A DNA stretch of 63,853 bases, the filler included, from Octopus bimaculoides (lineage: Eukaryota): the NCBI RefSeq assembly GCF_001194135.2. It is 6 parts of 5 records of this genome, joined end to end, with 100 filler letters (N's around TTAATTAATTAA, not from the genome) between each part and the next. Parts side by side here need not be neighbours in the genome. Positions count along the whole stretch, not along the records: positions 1 to 24,250 come from NC_068983.1; positions 24,351 to 44,783 come from NC_068983.1; 4 more parts are not named here. One strand, given 5' to 3'. The notes below the pieces were generated by a model, which saw nothing but the letters and a program-made list of their open reading frames with translations, made no database searches and was not told the origin of the DNA. Both the position numbers and the translations under genes were made by a program. Of the stretch, positions 15,056 to 28,067 are shown one piece after another (the stretch's first letter is position 1; every line of letters starts with the position of its first letter).

Positions 15056-16974
15056 TTTCTTTTATTAGCCACACAGGGCTCAACGAAGATGGGACAAATA
15101 CAATGTAGAGCTTTTCTTTTGGGGAGGCGGAAGCAAGGAAANNNNNNNNNNNNNNNNNNNNNNNNNNNNNNNNNNNNNNNNNNNNNNNNNNNNNNNNNNN
15201 NNNNNNNNNNNNNNNNNNNNNNNNNNNNNNNNNNNNNNNNNNNNNNNNNNNNNNNNNNNNNNNNNNNNNNNNNNNNNNNNNNNNNNNNNNNNNNNNNNNN
15301 NNNNNNNNNNNNNNNNNNNNNNNNNNNNNNNNNNNNNNNNNNNNNNNNNNNNNNNNNNNNNNNNNNNNNNNNNNNNNNNNNNNNNNNNNNNNNNNNNNNN
15401 NNNNNNNNNNNNNNNNNNNNNNNNNNNNNNNNNNNNNNNNNNNNNNNNNNNNNNNNNNNNNNNNNNNNNNNNNNNNNNNNNNNNNNNNNNNNNNNNNNNN
15501 NNNNNNNNNNNNNNNNNNNNNNNNNNNNNNNNNNNNNNNNNNNNNNNNNNNNNNNNNNNNNNNNNNNNNNNNNNNNNNNNNNNNNNNNNNNNNNNNNNNN
15601 NNNNNNNNNNNNNNNNNNNNNNNNNNNNNNNNNNNNNNNNNNNNNNNNNNNNNNNNNNNNNNNNNNNNNNNNNNNNNNNNNNNNNNNNNNNNNNNNNNNN
15701 NNNNNNNNNNNNNNNNNNNNNNNNNNNNNNNNNNNNNNNNNNNNNNNNNNNNNNNNNNNNNNNNNNNNNNNNNNNNNNNNNNNNNNNNNNNNNNNNNNNN
15801 NNNNNNNNNNNNNNNNNNNNNNNNNNNNNNNNNNNNNNNNNNNNNNNNNNNNNNNNNNNNNNNNNNNNNNNNNNNNNNNNNNNNNNNNNNNNNNNNNNNN
15901 NNNNNNNNNNNNNNNNNNNNNNNNNNNNNNNNNNNNNNNNNNNNNNNNNNNNNNNNNNNNNNNNNNNNNNNNNNNNNNNNNNNNNNNNNNNNNNNNNNNN
16001 NNNNNNNNNNNNNNNNNNNNNNNNNNNNNNNNNNNNNNNNNNNNNNNNNNNNNNNNNNNNNNNNNNNNNNNNNNNNNNNNNNNNNNNNNNNNNNNNNNNA
16101 TGTGTATATATATTTATATATAAAGTGAGAGAGAGAGAGAGAGAGAGATGGAGGGAGAGTGAAATGAATAAATGAATATGAAATGTAATCCGATATTTAT
16201 ACGGGAAAAATTCCAAGACGCAAAATAGAATCTTGTTTTATAGCTCAAAGAGGAACAATATTAGCCAATAATGTGTGACAGACAATATAAAGAATTGCAT
16301 TCATAAAAACACGACAGCATAGGGGATGTCCCAAATTTTACGCTGCCAAATAGCAACACAGAGAGCAAAGTTACTATGCTATGCAATTATTCACTTTGTG
16401 CCCAATGTAGGAGTAAGGGAAAGTAATTTTCGCAATTCGACATTAAGCTCATCTTCAGAATGATGTACTCCTGAAGAATAAAATTTGTGCAAAGAAAAAC
16501 AAGAAACAGACGTAAAGAAAAATGTTTTGCTCAGTATTATAATTTTTATTATAATTTAACACTGAAAACGGAATGAACGAAGATGAATGAGATGAGGTTT
16601 CAAATGTACAAGAACATTTGTTCATGTATTGGTGCATTAATTTCGAATATGTGCGTACGTGCATTAAGTCTTAGCATTTGAAATATAGGCGTATGACTAT
16701 GAAATCGCCACGTGTACGTGTGTCTCTGGGTTTGACATTAAGAATATCCAATGTACACTGCTAGATACTATTAATATGCTTATATACCTATATAAGTATC
16801 TGTCTATGCGTGTGCTTCATGATGTGTGCTTGTGTATATGTTTTATGTATTGACCTACATAAAAAAAACACACATATATGTACTTTGTGAAACCAGCATA
16901 TGTACTTTGTGAAACCACTATGTATGTTGTATTTTATTGTATATATTTATACGAGGCTGTTTATCGTAGGTTTT

Positions 16975-17570
16975 TGTGACTTGACTTTACATGATTGACT
17001 TAGTGGCAAATGTACGTTGTAATTGGCATTTTTAAAGAGGTTTACTGGGAAATATATATGCATGGAACAAATATACAACAGGATAATAACATGAATGCTC
17101 CAATCAAAGAAGTTGGTTAACATAACCTAAATATTTTTGAACCTATGACATTCTTTTGATATACCATGAGATGCTATGATTACTTCTTCTTTCGACTTGC
17201 AGGAATTCCTTTTAATATTTCAGAATCTTCTCTGTTTCTTGGGTGCATGTATTGAATTTATCAAAATCTGACACTAGTAATTTTTGTTTTTTCATCTGCC
17301 AGCAGTTTATTAAAAAATTTGGTAGCACCAAGGTGCAGGAACATGATCGCATGTATCAGAAGTGACTCTCAAGATCTCGATATAGAAATTTTAAAGTTCA
17401 AGAGTAACATTGGTCTGTCTGGCCAACTGAGATTAACAGTGCCAACAGCCACCGCTTTATGGGACCAAGTTGCTCGCAGATGTTCCTGAAATATGAAAAT
17501 CGAGTGTTGAAATCAAACTTGGTTATTTCAACAGACTCGATGTTTGCGGCCCACATCAAATGAATCAAGC
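16975..17570 (+). pseudogene. Possible very degraded hAT (SPIN/Charlie/GTF2IRD2-like) transposase C-terminal part
   Basis: Fragments FCDLT...LAFLKRF and SQDLDIEILKFKSNIGL resemble the hAT C-terminal region from memory. Multiple stops and frameshifts. Confidence 0.35.
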
Positions 17571-17627
17571 AGTGATTCGTTGCAGAAAAAGATAAAAAAA
17601 TAAATTCTCGTATCGATTTCATATTCT

Positions 17628-17631
<4 letters not shown>

Positions 17632-17706
<75 letters not shown>
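17632..17706. repeat. (TC)n microsatellite
   Basis: Direct observation. Confidence 0.95.
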
Positions 17707-17709
<3 letters not shown>

Positions 17710-17719
17710 TCTTGTAAGT

Positions 17720-18260
17720 GTTAGAGGACGGAAAATGGATTGCGTATGGCAATGTGAAGCGCAAAACGATCATAGTAAACGTGCAGTAAACCACTACAAA
17801 CATTCTCCAAGGATTTTACACCAATCAGATTCTGCTTTCAATTTGGTGGGATTGGAAAAAAGTTTTCTTCTTCCTGCATACCTATCCATTAATTTGTGTA
17901 CTTTGATAAATTAAACGCATAACACCCCATAAATATCCCACAATTGCTAATCGTAAGAACATTGTCATTCTTCATGCAAATCCCAGAACGTACCTTTCTA
18001 TGAAGACACAGCAGAAGTTACTGGGGCTTGAAAAGGAGTTTTTGCTACAGTCACCATATTCGCCCGACATCGGATTTTTTTTTGCTTGTTTTAATCTCTT
18101 CAAAATGCACTGATAAGAGAGACATTCAACACTGAGAAAGATGTAATGATTCGCTTGAAATATTTTCGCCAGCAATGACACAAAATTCTTTTATAATGGA
18201 TATACTCATAAAATGGAGGAAGATACTCGGACTACACGTTATCGTATCATTGATCGAATA
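17720..18260 (+). pseudogene. Mariner transposase catalytic-domain relic
   Basis: DGKWIAYGNVKRK (DEKWI..DN), LSIWWDWK, ANRKNIVILHANPR (HDNAR), QSPYSPDI, LQNAL. Confidence 0.8.
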
Positions 18261-18564
18261 ACATGCTTTGTGTTTAAAACTTGCGTCTTCTCTTCGTGAA
18301 AAAAAAAAAATTAATCACAGTTTTTCGCCAGTCGAGCATGAATATGTCTGTATGTGTGTGAGTACATGTATACCTATGTGTTGGTCTACGTAAAGTATAT
18401 AAATTGATATATGAAAGGTAATGCTATGCAACTTCGTAATATTATTATTATTATTATTATATATATATTAGAAATGCATATATGTATGTATATGTATATG
18501 TATATACACATATATACACATATACACATATATATACACGTACCTACATATCCATACACACGCA

Positions 18565-18602
<38 letters not shown>

Positions 18603-18621
18603 NNNNNNNNNNNNNNNNNNN

Positions 18622-19856
18622 GGTTTCCCAATATAATGGAAACACCTTAAAACTTCAAAGAAGTTTAATTTAATATGGGATTGGACCGCCTTTGGTAGTA
18701 ATTAAAACTTGGATTTTACGAGGTGTGGACTCGTGCAAGGTTTGAATTGTTTCCAAAGGAATTTTTGTCCTTTCTTCAGCTAAAACAGTCTCTAGCTATT
18801 GTAGTGATAATGGTGAACGATATCGACTCCTTACTTGTTTTTTCTAAAATGCATCATAAGCGTTCAATAATATTGGAATCTGGGGGTCTGTTGTGGCCAG
18901 ATAAGATGTTCCACTTCACTAGAATGGTCATCTTGCTATTTAGTAACAACTTTAGCTGTGCAAATTGGAGCATTATCACCCTGAAAAATTGCATTTTCCT
19001 TCAGAAACACTTCTGTAAATATAGGATGAATTTGATGAGATATAATGCTTAAATAGTCTTGACTATTAATTCTTCCACGAAGGGAAACCATTGGGCCGGT
19101 GGATTTCCAAGATAGCCACCCACACCGATCACCACATATCCTCCATTTGGATTAAGGCAGTCTGGATCAAATGCTTCTTTTGGCTGTCTCCACACGTATA
19201 CTCAGTCGTATACTCTACACGTAAAGGATGACTTGTCCGAGAAAATAACATTCTTCCACTGCTCTAGGGACCACTTCAGTAGATATTTTTACTTCACTGC
19301 AAACGCTTTGCAAGATTTGTTTTTGAAAATAGTGGTTTTCTGATTGCAGTCCAGCCGTGCAATCCGACTTCGTGCATCTCCTGGCGGACAGTTTTTGTGG
19401 AAACTGGGTTCTGGAAGTGGTCAGTAAGCTCTGCAGTAATTTTGGGTGCTGTATTTTATGATCCTTTCTAAATTCGCGCAAGACTCCGACGGTCCCTATT
19501 TGAAAGTTTTGGTTTTCTTCTGGTGTTTTGCTTCGACGAGGAGGTTTTGCTCTCTCTCTCAAAAGTTGTCATTATTTTCGAGACAGTACGCTTTGATACA
19601 CTAAACATTTCAGCTGTCTTCATTACGCTAGCGCCTGCAATACGAGCACCAACAATTGACCTCTTTGAAAGTCCAATAGATCTGTCATTTTAATGAATTT
19701 TAATTACCTGAAAAGAAACAGCAATTTTAGCAAAACATATTGTGTAACACTAATAATAAATCAGAAACATAACAATAAACAATCTTTTGACGGCTATATA
19801 GATATTTCAAAACTATTATTCTATGATGCTAGGTTTTTCCATTATTTTGTCCAATG
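18622..19856 (-). mobile_element. Near full-length decayed Tc1 element; transposase relic 19688->18670
   Basis: Minus strand, with frameshifts: [94 protein letters not shown]. Imperfect TIRs aatataatggaaacacc (18630-18646) and ggtttttccattatttt (19832-19848). Confidence 0.9.
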
Positions 19857-22489
19857 TGATTCCGAGCTTTGAGAAAAACATCTTAATTCTTCTTCAGCAA
19901 TTCTTAATGACCCCAGGGTTATAGAGATTATTAATCTCACCAATGCGTACGATAACCGGTTTTAATGATGCAGCAAATTTAAAAAGGTGCTCGAAGTGAA
20001 GAAAAAGTTATTTAAATATATAGGTGGATATTATTGTTAATAGAAATATCAGTTGCTTAGCATGCGTAAAAACCTCATAACGGTAAAAAAAATAATAATA
20101 ATTTAATAATTAAGGGTGATAACAAGCAGTACCAGCATGCTAAATATATCAGTGAAAATGACCAAACTACAAGTTTTCACTCAAACACAGAGCTGAAGCA
20201 ATTAAACGAATAAAAATCATAAAAGCCCGTAACAATGACGTAAATAATCGAAAATTGAAAAAGCCAGACATACCCGGGGTTAAACTAGTTGTAACACGGA
20301 AAAGCCACTCTGACGTAGGCATTGAATTTACTTTTAAATATAAATATAATTATGCAGAAATAAGGAAGATAGTTCACGGTTACACTTCACAGATATAAAG
20401 ATATATGGAGTTTATATTATCGAAAATAAAACTAAGAACAAAGACAATCCTTGGTAATCCTTTACAGCTGTTTCAGTGATGCGATAAAAAAATTGATACC
20501 GTGTAATGCATAATGCACAAAAAGAAATAAACTCATATTAGCATTTAAATATGAAATAAGTCTATCTTCACATTATTTCTTGATCGGAAGAACTGAATCT
20601 GATATTTGTAATTTGTAGAAGTAATATCTAAAAACATATATCGTTAAGATATGGAGCAACTGGATTCGTATTACAGCAATGATTAAAGTAAAGAAGTAAA
20701 ATCAAAATCTTATAAGTAAATGTGAAGGAAGTAGTAAGGAAGATATATATATATAGATGAACGAGAAAAGAAAACAAATTCGCAAAGAACCCAAGTGGGG
20801 AAGGAAATAGAACGAATATCTATAACAGCTACGCGGCCATTCTGATAATAATATAGTGACACGGCGAGAAATATCATAAATCGTACCATAACAATGTATT
20901 GTGGGACGAATATCAAACTGAATTAATAATTCATAGGAAAGAGATTAGAAAAACGGCAATTAGTAGTGCTGTGTGTGGCAAACTTGGGGCCATGTGTCTC
21001 ACAGCCTGAGTATTTTGTATGTATCCTCACGTGCTTTTTTTCTATATAGTTCACGGGGGATAAAGTTAAAATAAAATAAAAGAATATGAGACAAACAGAA
21101 GACAATTTTAAGAATATATGAGTTGTAACATTATTTAATTACATTATAAGTATAAGGTATCTATTATTGCAAATAATGAGATCAAAGTATGCTCAGAAAA
21201 AATCAAATATGCGTATAAGTTTAGACCTAGGCTAGGGCAAGTAGCTGCAAATGAAGTAAAGTTACAGTACATTCTAATACGAGTAAAAAATATCGATCAA
21301 TGGTGACATGAGAACGTTTTAAAAAATCGATGTCTGCAAAAAGTGATCACGTCTTACTTTCGATTGAGAAAATGGCTTATTCTGTCTAAAAATTTCACTA
21401 GATTCTTTACTGTAGAGATCCCGTGAGTGCACACACTTTAGAGAAGCCTTCCAGTTTTCATAACAAATCAAGTAACATTGTAAAAACTGATGTTGTCTTC
21501 GAGACATTGCATATAAACTGGTAGACATTTAAATATTTTGTGTTTAGCAGCAGAAAATTAACTAGGGTAAACTACACAGCCTCTCTGAACTTCTATGGAA
21601 CATCCAATGTATGAATGATTGATGAACTTTGGCGTTTATTATCTATGGCACATCTATAAACAACGTTATAGCGCACGTAGCAAACATTCAAATTGCAACG
21701 CTTGCGTACTCAACGGTTACCTTCATTTTTATCACGTGTTAATGGTATTGTTATTATTCATATTCATTTTATATTGCCCATAATATTCATATTATACCCA
21801 TTCCGATTATGAATACGGATACTTCACTCATTATCGATGTGAATATGACTTATACTTTATGCATTGTTTACTATTTCACTTGTTCAATAAGACAGAAATA
21901 TGGGTGAGCGCATATATATATATATAATATTATGATAGAGTTAGAAAACAAAGAGATCTAATGGATTCAAATCAATTTATTAATTAATTAACATATTCAC
22001 AGACAATTATTTCATTTCACAAACGAAATAAAAATTAAAATTTCAGAACATAAATAAATATATAACGTTGCATTTTAAATACTTTGTAGGGAAAATAATC
22101 AGGGTGTACAAAGAACAATGCAAGGATCATAATGTAATCCTTGTGTTGTGAAATGAAACAATTGTAGGTGAATATGTTAATTAATTAATAAATTACTTTC
22201 TATCCATTAGATCTCTCTGCTTTTTAGCTCGATAATTATTTGTGATATTTTACAATATTTTATATAATATATTCATTGAAAAAACTACAATTCAACATAT
22301 AGCATATTAGACCATATAGTATATAGTATATTAGACCAGCGTATCTTGGATAAAATATCCTTATAAGAGGTTTAAATATCCTCATTGTGACTATATATAT
22401 ATTGTCAACAGATAAGATCCAGAGATTTTCAGTACAGAAGGCATTTAGAAGTGCTCAAATGATTCAAACTGAGACCCCGATTTCTTTAC

Positions 22490-23410
22490 TAGGGATCAAT
22501 TCTACGGGGTTGAGAATGGCTTGTTAGATCACCTTTCTTCGGGATAGGGACAATTCCACACTTCAACCAAGCTGGTGGAGGCAAATGATGTGCATATGTG
22601 TCGTTGCAGAAACCTAGTAATGTGGATGTTCCCACAGTAATGTTGGTATGTTATCGAGTCCTGATGATTCATTGTTATCAAAACTACCGAGAGCTACTTT
22701 GAGCTCAACCAATGTGAAGAGGTCCGTGTTGATGTCTAATACATTAGATATTTAGTGTATAGGAAGAGGAAGACCGCTAGCTTGTGGTGGTTCTCCAAGA
22801 AGTTTCTGAAAGTGATCAAACCAGTGGGCCTTGCGCTTCTCAGAGTAACCACCTTTAAGCCTGATGTGTGCGTATGTGGGGTGGAGCTTAAACTTTCTTT
22901 CAGTTAGTGTGTTTATTAATTTCCATACTGCAGCATGTGAGTTAAATGTGCTGTATACAACAGGTCTTTTTACACTTCATAAAGTTATTTGTTGTTCTTG
23001 CATTTACATCTACCACTTCACAGCTACCCCACTCAAAATACTAGTAGTAGCTGGTCGCACGTTTCATGGGAAACAAGGTGAGAATTTGGAACTGAACAAG
23101 CAGGGGCTTGAACCCTGGTGCTGTAAGTGGACGTTATGGAAATTCTTTCGGTAGCTGATACAGAAGTAGATCGCCAGTCCTACATCCGGGTATTTTTACA
23201 TACAAGACACCATCTCAAGGAAGATTGCTGTCCAAGGCTCAAGACTTCTCCCTAGCCATGAAGTATATTTATCCCGCGCCAGACACCAACTTGATACTTC
23301 AGTTCCTCGGCTGATTTTCTTCTAAGAGATTTCCTTCTCCTAGGCAGGCTGCCTTCGCCTCGGCTCAGAGAGTCCTGTCTACCCCGTTCCATTTATGCAT
23401 GGCATAGAGG
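22490..23410 (-). mobile_element. LINE fragment, RTE-like (5' region plus start of RT, internally deleted)
   Basis: Minus strand HWFDHFQKLLG and PPAWLKCGIVPIPKKGDL (RT pre-domain motif). Confidence 0.7.
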
Positions 23411-24150
23411 TTACGCCATGTGGAATGTACCCCTACATACCTCAATTACATATAGAAAGATGAAGATGAAATAGGGATAAGAAAAGAAAATAAATTCAGG
23501 TATGTACAAATACATGTAGAAGTGCATAAAATATAAAATTTTATACAATATATAACACAAAACACTCACAAAAATACTCACACAAAATGCACACACGATA
23601 CACACGCGTGCACACACGCACACACATACACCCAAACTTTCACACACGCGTCACAAACATTGTTGAATTGGCCGTTGACCACACAGTAGTTCTTCAGCCC
23701 TCTCACGGGTCTTATTTTTCGTCCAGCATTGTGTCCATCGTCAAGCTTGATGTGGCTACCGGTTTAGTCCCCAACGACCTGACTAAGTGACAGGTTGTTC
23801 TGGTTACATGTTACCAGCAACGCTAAAGAGCGACCTGATCAAAAATGTTTTACATGTATACGTGTATACATAGTTTGTGGTTATACCAAGACGTTCAGGG
23901 TGGGAAAGAGTGGTTGTTTTACGTTTCGAGCATAAGTTTTCTTCGGAAAGAGGAGACATAGGAAAGTCCAAAAGAAAAGGAAGATGGAGGGGGAAATTGC
24001 CAACAATCCACATGTAGTTGCACATTTGAAATGACCGGATTATATATATGAGTCGTCTAACAGTCTATAAGCCAGGGAAAAAGATGCACTCGTATTTCTG
24101 TCAATAGAGTGGGTATATTATCCGAAATGCACAGCATTATGTATCCATCA

Positions 24151-24217
24151 CGGCTGATTTTACCAATGGGTTTCGTGCAGTCCTATTATACAACCTTACG
24201 CGCATCAGAGTTAGCCG
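24151..24217 (-). ncRNA. Degenerate type I hammerhead-like motif
   Basis: CGGCUAACU-CUGAUGC-GCGUAA...CUGCAC-GAA-ACC CAUU GGU-A-AAAUCAGCCG. Substitution A9C; stems I and II partly decayed. Confidence 0.5.
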
Positions 24218-24250
24218 ATATGGATGGGAATATATATATATATATATATA

Positions 24251-24350
24251 NNNNNNNNNNNNNNNNNNNNNNNNNNNNNNNNNNNNNNNNNNNNTTAATT
24301 AATTAANNNNNNNNNNNNNNNNNNNNNNNNNNNNNNNNNNNNNNNNNNNN
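24251..24350. other. Assembly spacer: 44 N + TTAATTAATTAA + 44 N (12-mer also at 44828, 50406, 56546, 61367)
   Basis: Identical 100-bp construct five times; the palindromic 12-mer has stop codons in all six frames. Confidence 0.95.
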
Positions 24351-24363
24351 TATATATATATGT

Positions 24364-24403
24364 ATTGTCCGATGAACGGGAACGTGAAACTCCGAGTAAC
24401 AGT
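24364..24403 (+). ncRNA. Compact type I hammerhead-like motif (U4C)
   Basis: AUUGU-CCGAUGA-ACG GGAA CGU-GAA-ACU CCG AGU-A-ACAGU. All three stems pair in register. Confidence 0.7.
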
Positions 24404-24952
24404 CTTTTGTTATATTTCTGCTGCTTTTAAATAAAGTATATATGTATATATATATATACACGTATATAAATATATACATACATATATACATATACACATG
24501 TACAATTCTGTATTGGCAGTGTATTGTCATGCCTTGGCGTGTATGTGTGTGTCTTAGTGCTTGTGTGCCCTCATTGGTTTACGCTCCTCATTTATTGATT
24601 GGAGGCTGTTTTTCTGGGCTCTTCACTGGTTCTTCAGGTTCCTTTCTTAATGTGGTCTTTATATTTCTAGTAATTGTAGGTGACGGGTGTGTTATTTATT
24701 TTTTTCAGGATATTTTTTGGTGAGTTGGTGATGGGCTTGGGTTTTTGCTCTCGAGCGTCTATGCGTATAGTGCTAAACGATTTGATAAAAGGTTGTTCAT
24801 GAACGTAGTTAGCTGTACTACAATTGAGGACATATCATTTGTGAGTGATTATATCCCTAATGAATTGTGCTTTTCACAGCTGGGCGATTTTGAGGGATTG
24901 CTTTGTATATAAGAACAGAACTTTATGTTTGTTTGCAATGGATTTTTGCGTT

Positions 24953-25078
24953 GTACCCTTATCAGACGGGTAGTCATGATGGGTGAAACTGGGCTTCGTG
25001 TATTTTACCCCGAGTGTCACTTTGATGGCATGCACTGCTCTCTCATTCAGCAATAATAATAATTACAATAATAATAAC
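24953..25078 (+). mobile_element. Probable LINE 3' end with (AAT)n tail
   Basis: GC-richer segment ending ctctctcattcagc followed by (aat)n. Clade not resolved. Confidence 0.45.
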
Positions 25079-25204
25079 TGCTACTTCCATAAAAGTAACT
25101 TTCAACATCCTCTCTTTTCAAGGGATTTACAAAGGACACGTTCAGAAGAATCGCAAAAGCCTCGGTATCAGGAAGGTAAGAAATATTAAAAAAAAAAAAA
25201 GAAT

Positions 25205-25920
25205 GAATCCGTTTTACTATGTCGGAAAGGTTTTAAGATACATCTTGCGGATGCTCTGGGATGCGTCATCGGTAATGTCTCTGGAGTCTCAAGAGGTTTT
25301 GATTATGTCAGCATTAGACCTTCCTCGTCCAGATGACCCAGCTGGTGTTGATCAAGCCCCTGCTTGCATCTCCGTAATAGCAAACCACTGGTTTTTCCCC
25401 TTTATCCAAAGCCACCGGCTTCAATGATGGAATTTATATAGCCTACCTCTTTGCTGCACCAGTAATTTCAAGCCCGTTCTGTGCCTTACAAAATGAATAC
25501 CCCATAAAACCACGACAGCCCACTTCAAATGCTTCGAAACGTGCCTGCCAGCCCCCGATTTATATATTCTTCTTCCAGCTTCTGGTATTTGGCGGGAAGC
25601 TTTTTCTCCCAAAGCATAGTCAGTTCCTATATGATCACCTGTTTGGCGGAATTTGAGACGAGAACTATATCTGGGCAAAGTGCTGTTGGTACCATGTGAT
25701 CTGGGAACTTTAACCGTTCCATGAGATCAACCGTCAACTACCAATGTGGGGTTGTGAGAAGTAGGCATGGTGGTCATGAACTGGAGTTTTCTCCGACTCT
25801 CAGAGAAGCAATGGTCTCTTTCCTGAGGTGGTATTTACTGGACTGAATGGATATCAATGTCATTTCCGCATCCGCCCTGAGCACCTGCTCATGCTACCAG
25901 TGATAGCAGCCATTATATTA
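25205..25920 (-). mobile_element. 3' part of an RLE-type non-LTR retrotransposon (HERO/NeSL-like)
   Basis: Minus strand DLMERLKFPDHMVPTALCPDIVLVSNSAKQVII*ELT...EVGCRGF (PD-(D/E)xK restriction-like endonuclease motif), followed by a 3' UTR. Confidence 0.8.
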
Positions 25921-26483
25921 TTTACGACGCCTATCAAAAACCATTCACTATAACATTTAATATGCACATCTCTATTCGTCTATCCTGCGATATCCGCTTG
26001 TATTCATATGTCGTAAAATTTTTTCGATTCTGTTTTAGAAATACTGATATTAAATATATTTATAAATTCAACACATTTATCATATTTATTACATTGTATT
26101 TATAATTTAATACTTTGCTATTTTATAAATGTATTAAAATCTTATTATTTCAAAAAGAAAAGTGAAAAACGAGCGTTCACATTTCAATAGCCCTAACGTA
26201 TTAAAACTGTTTTTTTTCCCAACTAAACCATTAAAAATTATTTCACTTTCAGTGGATGGAATTAATGTTATATATCTGAAGAAATTAATCTACAATTTCT
26301 GCGACACGGTTCCATGTTGTGCGATTTTTCATGTGTAAAAGAAGCAATAAAGATACTTTATAATACACTTCGTTGGTCGTTATTACTATTAACATTATTA
26401 TCACCAATGATAAACTTACACCATAATTGAATATAGAGATTATAGTGACTTTTTCGTAAACATGAAGCCTGATATCTATGAAA

Positions 26484-26760
26484 GCGAATAGCCTAGTGAT
26501 AAGGGAGTTGTGTTGATGTTCATCAGGTCGTGGGTTCGATACCTGGACCGGATTGTGTATAGTCGTTGAGTAAGGCATTTCATTTCACACTGAGCCAATC
26601 TACTGAACTGATGAATACCCAACCGAGTGCTGGAGCAGCCCTTCTCTCCTCCAGCTGCCATATCTTAGTTGTTTAGCTATGTCAAGAGTGAGAAGACGAA
26701 AAGTGGGCTAAGGTCTGTACCAGCTCGCAACAACAGAAGGACCTAAATCAATCAGCTCGT
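26484..26760 (+). mobile_element. tRNA-derived SINE, degraded
   Basis: A-box-like tagcctagtgataag and B-box ggttcgatacc. Confidence 0.6.
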
Positions 26761-27671
26761 AAATGACAACTGACTGTATTTGTACTTTAAAAACTTCATA
26801 TTTATTGAAGAGGAGAAATTATGTCATTGGTTTCTATTGAAATAAAACTACAATCTCCAATTTTATTCTACGGTTCTGGCCACAACAAGGCGACAAACTG
26901 ATAGAATCGTTATGTTACTCAAATTTCCTTCATATCTTCCACATATTTGCGGCCTTCCTTCAATTAAAACTATTGAACACTACTGTGATCGCAAGTCACT
27001 GCCTGGTCAATCAACCTGCTTGAAATAGCAGCAAAATTTCTTTCGTATAAAACCCTACTATTTTGATAAAGGAGAAGAGTACACACCAAATAGCTCTGGA
27101 TACACTATGCTTGAAAACAAAAAAAAGATTGGATGATCACAACTGGAAAGTCTTCATTATAGGACTACTCGGTCGGAGTTTATCTGAGGCTAAATAACAA
27201 ACGACGACCACCACCACCACCACTGCAGCCGCCGCCGCCGTTGCTACTACTGCCGCCGCCACTACCATCGCCACCGTTGTCACCACTGCCGCCAGTTGTT
27301 TTCTTGTTCTTGTAATTATTTGTATGTTTGCTGTATAATGGTAAATCTTGCTAAGCTTCGAAACCAATGGTGGGAAACGTTTCAGAAAATTAGTTCTGGA
27401 TTCTCATTTCGCTAGATATTTAAAGACGATATAATCTTATCTATACGCTTGCATTCCAGTAAAGAAACTTTTAAATGAACGCTACGAAGGGAAAACAGTT
27501 GCAGCTGCTAGAAATAATAAAAGCCGATTTTCCAACAATTTTCAATGTATTGTCTTTAAAAAAGTCTTGGATAAACAAAAACAGGCTTGAAGCTCTTTAG
27601 TCATAGGTCTTTTCGATGTAGCCTGTTCTTCACTTAAACAACAAACAAACAAACAACGCCTGTAATATTCT

Positions 27672-28067
27672 TTTCTGCTCTAGGCACAAGGCCTGGGATT
27701 TTGGGGGAGGGTGCCAGTCAATTAGATCGACCCCAGTACGTAACTAGAACTTATTTAATCGACCCCGAAAGGATGAAAGGCAAAGTCGACCTCGGCGAAA
27801 TTTGAACTCAGAACGTAAAAACAGATGAAATACCTATTTCTTTACTGCCCACAAGGGGCTACACACAGAGGGGACAAACAAGGACAGACAAACGGATTAA
27901 GTCGATTATAACGACCCCAGTGCGTAACTGGTACTTAATTTATCGACCCCGAAAGGATGAAAGGCAAAGTCGACCTCGGCGGAATTTGAACTCAGAACGC
28001 AGTGGCAGATGAAATACCGCTAAACATTTCGCCCGGGGTACTAACTTTTCTGCTTGCTCGCCGCCTT
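27672..28067 (-). mobile_element. Dimeric family-B SINE flanked by a 17-bp target-site duplication
   Basis: aacgcctgtaatattct at 27655-27671 and 28068-28084. A full monomer (27835-28067) is fused to a headless monomer with a different tail (27672-27834). Confidence 0.85.

Noticed and set aside
16420-16460. Minus-strand CTGAAGA...GAAA
   Set aside because: No consistent helix II, III or I.
24560-24950. Possible Penelope GIY-YIG endonuclease on the minus strand
   Set aside because: Only a weak LIYKA fragment; no second motif could be aligned, so it is left unclassified.
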